DNA of 64,000 nt from Anaerolineae bacterium (lineage in GTDB: Bacteria > Chloroflexota > Anaerolineae > Aggregatilineales > Phototrophicaceae): positions 4,116 to 68,115 of the forward strand of contig DAOTWY010000040.1 in assembly GCA_034435635.1 (NCBI GenBank), read 5' to 3'. The position numbers were made by a program, and so were the translations under genes. Positions 1 through 6,490 of the stretch are shown here, in pieces. The notes beneath the pieces were generated by a model. That model was not told where the DNA came from and made no database searches. It saw only the letters and a program-made list of their open reading frames with translations. The stretch's first letter is position 1. Every line of letters starts with the position of its first letter.

Positions 1-192
1 AATCCGCACACATTGGTGAAAGGTAAATTTGAATATATTTGGGGCGTGGAATTTGTGACGGCTGGCGTTGTGCAGTTGAACATTTTCATCCGTGCAGAAT
101 GGGCAGCACGCGGTGGTAAGATTATTTTTGAGCAAATTCGCCTGGAGACATTGCCGGAAAATTCTGGATATACAACGCAGATTGTTGGGTGA
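1..192 (+). CDS. Partial CDS (3' end) of an unidentified protein
   Basis: Frame 1 is open from nt 1 to TGA 190-192 (63 codons, ...KGKFEYIWGVEFVTAGVVQLNIFIRAEW...). A strong terminator follows at 231-269. It is absent from the ORF track because it has no start in the window. No family recognised. Confidence 0.35.
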   Translation, partial: NPHTLVKGKFEYIWGVEFVTAGVVQLNIFIRAEWAARGGKIIFEQIRLETLPENSGYTTQIVG

Positions 193-230
193 GTGGGTGG
201 CAGGCAACCGAAAAATTTATGGAATATTCA

Positions 231-269
231 CACAGACTAAGTATAACCTTAGTCTGTGTTTTTATTTTT
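231..269 (+). terminator. Rho-independent terminator
   Basis: Perfect 10-bp stem cacagactaa (231-240) / ttagtctgtg (249-258) with an 8-nt loop, followed by tttttattttt (259-269). Confidence 0.65.
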
Positions 270-279
270 GAGGGAAATC

Positions 280-1041
280 ATGCAGGATAAGACGAAGAAA
301 CCCGCCAGGCGGGTGTTGAAGTGGGTCGGGTGGGCGATTGTTGCATTGGTGATGATCGGCGTGCTGGGGCAGGCGTTGGGTATTCCTACGGCAAGTGAGT
401 TACGGATGACGGAAACGGCAGGTGCAGCGGTGGCGCAGGCGGTGGAAACGGAGGAAATCACGCCGACTGCGGAGGGAACGACGGATACCCCTACTGTGGT
501 GCGCACACCCACACCGACACACACAGTGACAATTACCCCTACGGCGACTTATCAGGGGCAGTTGGCGGTATTTGCTACGGCTGGGCGTGTGCTAGATGGC
601 GCGTTTGATGAGATCGATGTGATTGAGGAGGTGGGGGTATCTACAGCGTCTGAGTCGGGCGATAGGTGGATTGTGTATCTGGAAGTGGTGGTTGATCGTG
701 GCGGGGTATCTGAGGAGACGGCGGATTTGATCCGGCAGGCGGTGTATGCGCGGGTGGGATCGGCACGGGTAGAGATCAGTATGATTTTGGACGACGGCAA
801 CGAGGCGGCAGATTACACGTGGGACAATGATGATGATGAATGGCGCGTGACGGAGTTGATGTCTCGTGGGCTGCCGACTGAAACACCTACCCAATCAGGC
901 GCGGTGTGTCCGAGTTTGGGAGCGACGTGCAGCGAATTGACGTGTGAGCAGGCATATGCATGCTTGGCGGCAGGGAATCGCCGGCTAGATCGAGATAGAG
1001 ATGGTGTGCCGTGCGAGTCGATTTGTCCGGGTGGTAATTGA
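280..1041 (+). CDS. Membrane-anchored Thr/Pro-linker protein with C-terminal Excalibur-type calcium-binding domain
   Basis: Track ORF is 256-1041. ATG 280 is preferred because 256 lies inside the upstream terminator and GAGGGA (270-275) precedes 280. It has a TM helix (WVGWAIVALVMIGVLG), a linker (TPTVVRTPTPTHTVTITPTAT) and a Cys-rich C-terminus with the DRDRDGVPCE motif typical of Excalibur domains. Confidence 0.75.
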   Translation: MQDKTKKPARRVLKWVGWAIVALVMIGVLGQALGIPTASELRMTETAGAAVAQAVETEEITPTAEGTTDTPTVVRTPTPTHTVTITPTATYQGQLAVFATAGRVLDGAFDEIDVIEEVGVSTASESGDRWIVYLEVVVDRGGVSEETADLIRQAVYARVGSARVEISMILDDGNEAADYTWDNDDDEWRVTELMSRGLPTETPTQSGAVCPSLGATCSELTCEQAYACLAAGNRRLDRDRDGVPCESICPGGN

Positions 1042-1042
1042 C

Positions 1043-1075
1043 AAAAAAAGCAGGTGCATCCGGGAACGCACCTGC
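1043..1075 (-). terminator. Hairpin terminator downstream of the 1214-3181 minus-strand operon (possibly bidirectional)
   Basis: Stem gcaggtgc (1050-1057) / gcacctgc (1068-1075) with a 10-nt loop. The A7 run 1043-1049 becomes a U-run only on the minus strand. The hairpin also lies 9 nt after the plus-strand stop at 1041. Confidence 0.5.
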
Positions 1076-1213
1076 CTTGCATCGCCATGCAACTTTTATT
1101 ACACATTTTTTAATGTGCTGCGCAATCCCGTCACCGGCGGGTGAATTGCTATGTTTGTGAGAGTGAGAGTGAGCCGCTTCACGTAGTTCACTTTGGCTGT
1201 GAATATGACCAGA

Positions 1214-1726
1214 TCATTTCTTCGATCCTCGTTTTAGTTTTAGGGATTGATCGGCATAAATCAGCCAATGCCCGTCCAATCTGGCTGCTTGCCACCAGCC
1301 GCTCTCACAATAACGATAGCATGTTGCAAGATGACAGCCTGTTTGTTTGGCAGCCTGTTTTGGGGAAATGACGGGGCGATTGTTATGTGTTTTGCCGTGC
1401 CAGCCGGTGGTTGAGAGTTTTCGCTGTGCGGCTGCCAGCTCTCCGCGGAGGCGTTCGTTTTCCGCCTCCAAAAAATTCAGACGGTCAGGAGTACGATGAG
1501 TTGATTTAGCATTGCGGCGGCGCAGCTGATAGTTTTCATCGCGCAGGGCGGCATTCTGCGCCTTCAGTTCCTGCACCAGATTACGCAGATTGTTGTAGAG
1601 GTCAATCAATTCATCGTAATCCGGCAGGTCTTCCGGCGCGGGTGACGTGGTTTGCTTATCCATCATATCCTCTGCCCATTTGCGCCACGCTCGGTTTTGC
1701 TGACGGTAGTGGGATGCGGTGGTCAT
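1214..1726 (-). CDS. Hypothetical coiled-coil protein with C-terminal excisionase/MerR-type HTH
   Basis: 170-aa ORF whose ATG overlaps the upstream stop (ATGA at 1723-1726). Coiled-coil segments are LYNNLRNLVQELKAQNAALRDENYQLRRRN and LEAENERLRGELAAAQRKL. The C-terminal pattern ISPKQAAKQTGCHLATCYRYCESGWW..DGHWLI resembles excisionase-family HTH. Called by motif only. Confidence 0.6.
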   Translation of the reverse strand: MTTASHYRQQNRAWRKWAEDMMDKQTTSPAPEDLPDYDELIDLYNNLRNLVQELKAQNAALRDENYQLRRRNAKSTHRTPDRLNFLEAENERLRGELAAAQRKLSTTGWHGKTHNNRPVISPKQAAKQTGCHLATCYRYCESGWWQAARLDGHWLIYADQSLKLKRGSKK

Positions 1727-2820
1727 GGTTGCCCCCTAGTCATTGTCGTTAAAATATTGAGAGGAGTGTTTGATGTTGGATGTGGAATGATAGTTGATTG
1801 AGCAACGGGTTGATTGGGTGGTTGATTTGGTGATTGGACGATAGCGACTGTAGTGATCGTATCCAGGACGTTGATTTTGGGCTTTCTATAGATACAATGC
1901 ACCCGTGGGTGTTGCTGATGTGTGATTTCTAATTTGATGATTTCATAGCCAGATTCGATAATGTTATTGAGGTGGTCTGGTTGGATGTCCCATGCGTATA
2001 TGGTTTGCATGGTCGTTTCACTAGTGGGAGTGATAGGGACACGCTGGAGCAATTCATCGCGCTCGTGGCGTATTTTTTTTATATCATCCTGTAATTTTTG
2101 TAAATTATTTTGCAGAGTGCTGTATTGTTGGCGGATGGTAGCGAGATCAGCCTGAGCAGTTTCGTGGGCTTGTTGGGCTAATTGTGCTTGTCGTACAGCA
2201 TGAGCCTTCGCTTTAATAGCATTGTCTCGTTCTGTGCGTAAGGTATCGATTTGTTTCTTCAAGTCATCGATGAGAGCTATTAATTCTGTAGGATTATCCT
2301 GATTTTCGTCCTGATTTCGACTGATTTTGTTTAATTCAATCAGTTCGGCGTTGGTTATTGGGGGTGGATCATTGGGTAAATGTTGTATTTCGTGGCGAGC
2401 AGCTGATGCGTCGTCGTTGGGCGTGGTTGATATTTTGTTATGAGATTCTGGTTGAGATTCTGGTTGAGATTCTGGTTGAGATTCTGGTGTCATTTCATCC
2501 TTCCTGACACTTGTAACTTGTAAAAAACGTTTTTTTCTATACGGGTTGTGAACGTGTTCAATCGTTACGGGTATGGGGTGTTCGAGCGTGAACGTTTTGC
2601 CGACATCGCCCCATTTACCATATTTCACATCGTCATAATTTAGGATTCCGGCACCGATAAATAGTCTGATATCAAACAATGACGCTTTCATACCATCATC
2701 GGTATGGCATCGCCAGAATAGATTACCGCGTTGCGCGCCGGATTTTATTTGTGAGACGGTGACTGACGTAACTAACCGTTTTAATAGTGTCTGATCGCCG
2801 TACGACGAGGTTGTAAGCAT
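1723..2820 (-). CDS. Hypothetical multidomain protein (globular N-domain, ESQP repeat linker, long coiled coil, C-domain)
   Basis: Track ORF is 1723-2856. ATG 2820 is preferred because GGAGG at 2829-2833 sits 8 nt upstream. The (ESQP)4 linker is encoded by a 12-bp tandem repeat, followed by a ~120-aa Q/A/L-rich coiled coil and an NQPPNQP tail. No family recognised. Confidence 0.6.
   Translation of the reverse strand: MLTTSSYGDQTLLKRLVTSVTVSQIKSGAQRGNLFWRCHTDDGMKASLFDIRLFIGAGILNYDDVKYGKWGDVGKTFTLEHPIPVTIEHVHNPYRKKRFLQVTSVRKDEMTPESQPESQPESQPESHNKISTTPNDDASAARHEIQHLPNDPPPITNAELIELNKISRNQDENQDNPTELIALIDDLKKQIDTLRTERDNAIKAKAHAVRQAQLAQQAHETAQADLATIRQQYSTLQNNLQKLQDDIKKIRHERDELLQRVPITPTSETTMQTIYAWDIQPDHLNNIIESGYEIIKLEITHQQHPRVHCIYRKPKINVLDTITTVAIVQSPNQPPNQPVAQSTIIPHPTSNTPLNILTTMTRGQP
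2442..2489. repeat. Tandem repeat, 12 bp x 4 (gagattctggtt)
   Basis: Units lie at 2442-2453, 2454-2465, 2466-2477 and 2478-2489; the last unit ends in g instead of t. The repeat is in frame and encodes ESQP repeats on the minus strand. Confidence 0.95.
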
Positions 2821-2908
2821 GATAGAATCCTCCAGCTTCTGCCCAGTTTTGGGCAATTTTTATTTGTATGGGTGGCATTGGTATTTATCCGTCTTCGTGT
2901 ATGTTGTC

Positions 2909-3181
2909 CTAGCAGAGTAGATCGGTTAATTCATCCAGATCAAATCCACGATCTGGATCAAACACGGTTCTGATTTCAGGATTATCTATGAGGCTAAAAC
3001 GCTCCGAGATTAGTCGTGTTTCTGTTTGCCAGCAGATATCAACACAATTTGTTATATGGCTGATCGACACATGGGCTGCGCGATATATATGGTTGTTTGG
3101 CAGTTGTACAATGCATTCACCATATACGCATGATTGATGACGAACAAACACAATAATTGAATTGTTGAACATTACTTTCAT
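2909..3181 (-). CDS. Hypothetical small protein, possible zinc-binding (CX4C...CX3C)
   Basis: 90-aa ORF, first gene of the minus-strand operon facing the XRE gene. An AAGGAA-like RBS lies ~9 nt upstream of ATG 3181. Cys residues are at positions 18, 23, 46 and 50, and the C-terminus is acidic. No family recognised. Confidence 0.45.
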   Translation of the reverse strand: MKVMFNNSIIVFVRHQSCVYGECIVQLPNNHIYRAAHVSISHITNCVDICWQTETRLISERFSLIDNPEIRTVFDPDRGFDLDELTDLLC

Positions 3182-3296
3182 GATGCTGTTTCCTTTATTA
3201 ATACAGGATATAAAAAATTACACGTGGATGCTGTTTATATGATCTGTGCTAGCGATTTAGTTGTTAAGGTGCTGCGTCTGCGTTATTATCAATTTA

Positions 3297-3348
3297 CGAA
3301 CGTGCAGACAATAAATTGCTTTGTTGTGTAAATATTATTGCACGTTCG
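3297..3348. promoter_or_regulatory. Operator-like inverted repeat in the divergent XRE control region
   Basis: cgaacgtgca (3297-3306) and its exact reverse complement tgcacgttcg (3339-3348) are separated by 32 nt of AT-rich DNA. They lie between the divergent genes 2909-3181(-) and 3453-3680(+). Confidence 0.35.
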
Positions 3349-3399
3349 ACATCTTTTGTCAATGAAAACGGCAAAAGATTTTTCAGAACGTTATTTTTA

Positions 3400-3429
3400 T
3401 TGACCGAAGCGGGGATATTATGGTATCAT
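3400..3429 (+). promoter_or_regulatory. Putative sigma70-type promoter of the XRE gene
   Basis: TTGACC (3400-3405), 18-nt spacer, TATCAT (3424-3429). This places the ATG at 3420 inside the promoter and supports the 3453 start. Confidence 0.3.
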
Positions 3430-3452
3430 CCAAAAAAAACAGGAAGGCATTT

Positions 3453-3680
3453 ATGAGATCGAAACTCAAAGAATTGGTTTTTAAGCGCGAGCAGGCGGAG
3501 CAGCGGCGCATTTTCCAGAACGAAATTGCGGAGAAAACCGGTTTGACTCCCGGCACAATCAGCCGCTGGATGTCACCACGTCCAATTCGTCAGATTCAGG
3601 ACGATGTGGTAATCCCACTGTGCGAGTTTTTTCAATGTGATATAGGCGATTTGGTGACAATTGAATATTCCGATGATTAG
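3453..3680 (+). CDS. XRE (Cro/CI-type) helix-turn-helix transcriptional regulator
   Basis: Track ORF is 3420-3680. ATG 3453 is preferred because AGGAAGG lies at 3441-3447. The HTH signature is QNEIAEKTGLTPGTISRWMS, and the C-terminal LCEFFQCDIGDLV is typical of this family. Confidence 0.8.
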   Translation: MRSKLKELVFKREQAEQRRIFQNEIAEKTGLTPGTISRWMSPRPIRQIQDDVVIPLCEFFQCDIGDLVTIEYSDD

Positions 3681-3807
3681 AGAAAATTTCGGATAGGGTA
3701 GTAGCATTAATTTATAAATTACGTTATGTTCCCCTAAAACAAGATTAGCATAATGCAGTCTAAGAAGCGTAGATGCATAATGTGGATAAAAACCCGTGAG
3801 GAAAATA

Positions 3808-3834
3808 CCGGCGGTTCGACTCCGCCGGCGGGGC
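3808..3834 (+). other. tRNA-like T-arm fragment (possible att-site remnant); not a complete tRNA
   Basis: Stem ccggcgg (3808-3814), loop ttcgact (3815-3821), stem ccgccgg (3822-3828), containing the canonical GGTTCGACTCC T-loop box, then cggggc. I found no matching 5' acceptor strand, D-arm or anticodon arm upstream. Confidence 0.3.
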
Positions 3835-3906
3835 TGTGGCACCTTAAAAATTTTATAAAGTGTTATCGATGAAGGGTATTTTTGTAATCGAATAACATTT
3901 TAACAT

Positions 3907-3932
3907 AAAAAACGCCACAGGCGCGGCGTTTT
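3907..3932. terminator. Bidirectional hairpin terminator
   Basis: aacgcc (3911-3916) / ggcgtt (3925-3930) with an 8-nt loop, flanked by an A-run (3907-3912) and a T-run (3929-3932). It lies between the XRE module and the convergent phosphoesterase gene. Confidence 0.45.
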
Positions 3933-3958
3933 GAGAAGCGATCATCATAATGAATTTT

Positions 3959-4690
3959 CTACCAACCATGCTCTAAGCGAGAGATAAGCCGTTCTGGCAA
4001 GCCATGAGCGCGCATTTGAGCTTGTGTTTTTGCAATATCATATTCAATACGGCGGTGTTCCCAAATATTTTTTTCAAAATCAAGGATGGCGTAGGCAGCG
4101 CGTGGGTCGGCATCCCGCGGTTGCCCAATACTGCCGGGGTTAATAATTTTACGATGCCCGTTTAATTGAATTTTATCAAAATAACTTGGTTTATATGATT
4201 CTGTTTCACCATTGTCATTAACCATTTCATAGATCACTGGTTGGTGGGTATGCCCAACTAAGCAGTATTGTGTTTCAAAATGAGGGAAGTTCAGCGCGGC
4301 GACCAATGGCTCCAAGATGTATTCCCAAATGGGTTCACGCGGGCTAGCATGAACTAATGTGTAATTGCCGATGACAAAGGTGGTTGGTAAAGCACGCAAC
4401 CAACGTGTGTTTTCTTCTGTGAGTGTTTCTCGTGTCCAATCCACAGCACGGCGGGCATCTGGGTTAAAGGTGCGGATGTCGAGCCGGTCTAATGCTGCCC
4501 AGTCATGGTTCCCTGCCAAGCATAGATGGGGGAGTTCGCGCAACCGTTCAACACATTCATTGGGTGATGGACCGTAACCAACCACATCCCCCAAGCACCA
4601 AACGTAATCCCAGTCCCCTTTTGCATGGTTTAAAACGGTTTCAAAAGCTGTGTAATTTGCGTGAATATCTGATATAACAAGAATCCGCAT
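3959..4690 (-). CDS. Calcineurin-like metallophosphoesterase
   Basis: Track ORF is 3959-4735. ATG 4690 gives the canonical N-terminus MRILVISDIHAN. Motifs DIH, GDVVGYG, GNHD and GHTH are present. Confidence 0.85.
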   Translation of the reverse strand: MRILVISDIHANYTAFETVLNHAKGDWDYVWCLGDVVGYGPSPNECVERLRELPHLCLAGNHDWAALDRLDIRTFNPDARRAVDWTRETLTEENTRWLRALPTTFVIGNYTLVHASPREPIWEYILEPLVAALNFPHFETQYCLVGHTHQPVIYEMVNDNGETESYKPSYFDKIQLNGHRKIINPGSIGQPRDADPRAAYAILDFEKNIWEHRRIEYDIAKTQAQMRAHGLPERLISRLEHGW

Positions 4691-4805
4691 AGGGCAAACC
4701 CTGTCCAATGTTAAAAATAAAGTTAATAAAATCATCTTACCACGCTTTATACGTTGGTGCGAATGGATTTTTCTTTTTTTTCATAATTGGACAATAAATT
4801 GTTGT

Positions 4806-4836
4806 AAAAAAAAGCCGCAGGGCACGCGCCCGCGGC
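4806..4836 (-). terminator. Rho-independent terminator
   Basis: On the minus strand, a GC-rich hairpin (gccgc 4814-4818 / gcggc 4832-4836, with inner gggc/gccc) is followed by T8 (complement of the A8 run at 4806-4813). Confidence 0.6.
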
Positions 4837-4850
4837 AGAACTAACAGAAC

Positions 4851-5003
4851 CTAGAATGCGCGTTTGTTTTTCCGTTCACGCCGATTACGCTTTGCATCAT
4901 TGATCTGTTCACTCATTGCGCGTCCAGTCGGCTCACGGCGATGTTCAAACTGTTCTAAGCGGAGTTGATGCAATTTTTGTGCGACATATTCGATCTCATA
5001 CAT
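4851..5003 (-). CDS. Small basic protein, 50 aa (below ORF-track cutoff)
   Basis: ATG 5001-5003 to TAG 4851-4853: MYEIEYVAQKLHQLRLEQFEHRREPTGRAMSEQINDAKRNRRERKNKRAF. AAGGAG (5013-5018) lies 9 nt upstream, and the gene has its own terminator at 4806-4836. No family recognised. Confidence 0.5.
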   Translation of the reverse strand: MYEIEYVAQKLHQLRLEQFEHRREPTGRAMSEQINDAKRNRRERKNKRAF

Positions 5004-5231
5004 AGCACAACACTCCTTATCACATTGTTTTTGATAATCATATTATACATCAAATAGTGCATATTGCACAATTAAAATGATTAAAAAGGGGACGTTTTGC
5101 ACAATTTCTAACACTTTTCAGATACTCAAATGCCATAAATAGATGGTAGGTAGACTTTCTTGGCAATTTTAGTTAAATTGATCCACAATCAATAAACAAC
5201 TGGTAATGCTTTATAGACAGGTATACGACTC

Positions 5232-5645
5232 ATGATAGAAACAAAAACAACCCAATCTGATATTGATATTCAAGCTGCATTACGCCAAGTACTGACTTCA
5301 GCAGAATATGCACCACTTACTCATGATCGTCGCCATGTCGAAATCGCTGTGCAAGATGGTGTGGTGACTGTTTCTGGGCATGTTAAAACCCCACAAACAG
5401 TTCTATACCTGCGGAATCGTGCGGCTACTATCCCCGGTGTAAAAGCTGTTCAAATCGAGAATTTATTTGATGATGAAACGATCCGCCGGGAAGTGGGTAA
5501 AGTTATTCCCTATGGTGTGCAAGTGCGCGTGGAATATGGCACAGTGATTTTAACAGGGCAAATTCCCCAAGATACAAGTGTTGAGGAATTGGTTAAGCGT
5601 GTGGCATTGGTGCCAGGCGTGCATCGAGTCATCACCACATTTTAA
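5232..5645 (+). CDS. BON domain-containing protein (two BON repeats)
   Basis: The two repeats are VQDGVVTVSGHVKT...IPGVKAV and VEYGTVILTGQIP...VPGVHRV. Confidence 0.8.
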   Translation: MIETKTTQSDIDIQAALRQVLTSAEYAPLTHDRRHVEIAVQDGVVTVSGHVKTPQTVLYLRNRAATIPGVKAVQIENLFDDETIRREVGKVIPYGVQVRVEYGTVILTGQIPQDTSVEELVKRVALVPGVHRVITTF

Positions 5646-5712
5646 ATGTTTTGCCCCATCGCTCTAATTGCCCTATACTGAATTTATCAAATTTTCATAG
5701 GAGCATTTTGCG

Positions 5713-6357
5713 ATGGGGCGGTTGATGATTGTGATAAGCCTCGTTTTAATGGCGGCTGGCATCGGTTTTTTTGTTTGGGTTTTGCAAGGACCAAATAACG
5801 CGGCAGTTCAGTCTTTTTTAAGTGGTTTGGTTTGCAATGATAACGAAACCATTGTGCAATGGACTGGGCAATATGTCGGTGATGGAACATCTTCCACTGG
5901 TTTAACAATTAACGGACGTGAGGTCGGTTTTTATTGTGAAGGGCTAGAAGGTGAACAGCGCAGTGTTACCGGGCAAACGGCGTTGGTTATTGGTGGCGGT
6001 TTTGGTGTCACATTATTCATCAGCATCATTATGTTAATTTGGGGCATTTCAATAAGCACACGTAACGTCAATAACATTATCAATCCGACACGTTATATTA
6101 CTTCGGGCGTAGCATCTGGCATAGGGGGTGTGACACCGCTAGGGACTAGCACAGGTTACACTTCACATAATATTCCCTCAAATGTTAACCAGCAAATTGA
6201 TGAAGTACTCAATCGTGCTGGTTTTGCTGCCACCCCCTCTAGGGAAACACTAGCAGACCGCCTTAGTCAATTGGAGCAGGCACGTAATCAAGGGTTAATT
6301 ACGGAGTCAGAGTTTCTATCGCTACGGAAGTCTATTTTGGATGCATTAGATGAATAA
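5713..6357 (+). CDS. Membrane protein with C-terminal SHOCT-like domain
   Basis: It has an N-terminal TM helix, a second TM helix (ALVIGGGFGVTLFISIIMLIWGI) and the C-terminal motif LSQLEQARNQGLITESEFLSLRKSIL. Confidence 0.7.
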   Translation: MGRLMIVISLVLMAAGIGFFVWVLQGPNNAAVQSFLSGLVCNDNETIVQWTGQYVGDGTSSTGLTINGREVGFYCEGLEGEQRSVTGQTALVIGGGFGVTLFISIIMLIWGISISTRNVNNIINPTRYITSGVASGIGGVTPLGTSTGYTSHNIPSNVNQQIDEVLNRAGFAATPSRETLADRLSQLEQARNQGLITESEFLSLRKSILDALDE

Positions 6358-6408
6358 AATTATCGATATACTCTCTAAATAATTGGATTATCTCCACACA
6401 AAAGTTGC

Positions 6409-6430
6409 GCCAGGGAATAAATACCCTGGC
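6409..6430. terminator. Hairpin between convergent genes
   Basis: gccaggg (6409-6415) / ccctggc (6424-6430) with an 8-nt loop. The flanking U-runs are weak. Confidence 0.3.
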
Positions 6431-6490
6431 AACATACCCCTTAAAAGGGATTTATCCTCTTGTACTAACTTTGAAGTTTCATAGTCGAAC

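Larger units (their letters stand above)
1043..3932. mobile_element. Possible decayed prophage/satellite-like accessory module (no integrase present)
   Basis: The block is visibly AT-rich and bounded by hairpin terminators at 1043-1075 and 3907-3932. It holds three ORFan genes on the minus strand, one with an excisionase-type HTH, diverging from an XRE/Cro-CI regulator. A tRNA-like T-arm fragment lies at 3808-3834. The mobile-element call is an inference from architecture only. Confidence 0.3.

Noticed and set aside
256-279. Upstream extension of ORF 256-1041 (MFLFLREI...)
   Set aside because: These codons lie inside the stem and T-run of the terminator at 231-269. ATG 280 has a purine-rich RBS and gives a sensible N-terminus.
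249-1106. Four minus-strand track ORFs (249-524, 552-800, 592-894, 813-1106) overlapping the Excalibur-domain gene
   Set aside because: They are antisense to a gene with clear TM, linker and Excalibur features. Their products are low-complexity (Val/Gly/Thr- or Arg/His-rich), and no RBS or family signal is present.
1141-1371. Plus-strand ORF of 76 aa
   Set aside because: It overlaps the 3' end of the better-supported minus-strand gene 1214-1726 and the intergenic spacer. It has no RBS, and its start is an alternative codon.
2442-2489. Tandem repeat considered as a mini CRISPR-like array
   Set aside because: The units are 12 bp, directly abutting with no spacers, and lie in frame inside a CDS. 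I saw no CRISPR repeat-spacer architecture anywhere in the window.
1133-3830. An 8-nt match CCGGCGGG near both edges of the phage-like module, considered as possible att core repeats
   Set aside because: An 8-mer shared between two ~100-170-nt windows is expected by chance with appreciable probability, and no longer flanking identity is visible.
3731-3834. Attempt to fold a complete tRNA or tmRNA around the T-arm fragment
   Set aside because: Only 4 bp of possible acceptor pairing (CCCC/GGGG) are available at an implausible 104-nt span. No D-arm or anticodon arm is present, and the 3' end does not match the tmRNA G-U alanine identity pattern.
3573-3842. Minus-strand ORF of 89 aa covering the XRE 3' end and the T-arm hairpin
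   Set aside because: It overlaps the well-supported XRE gene and AT-rich intergenic DNA. Its Arg-rich N-terminus derives from the GC hairpin, and no RBS is present.
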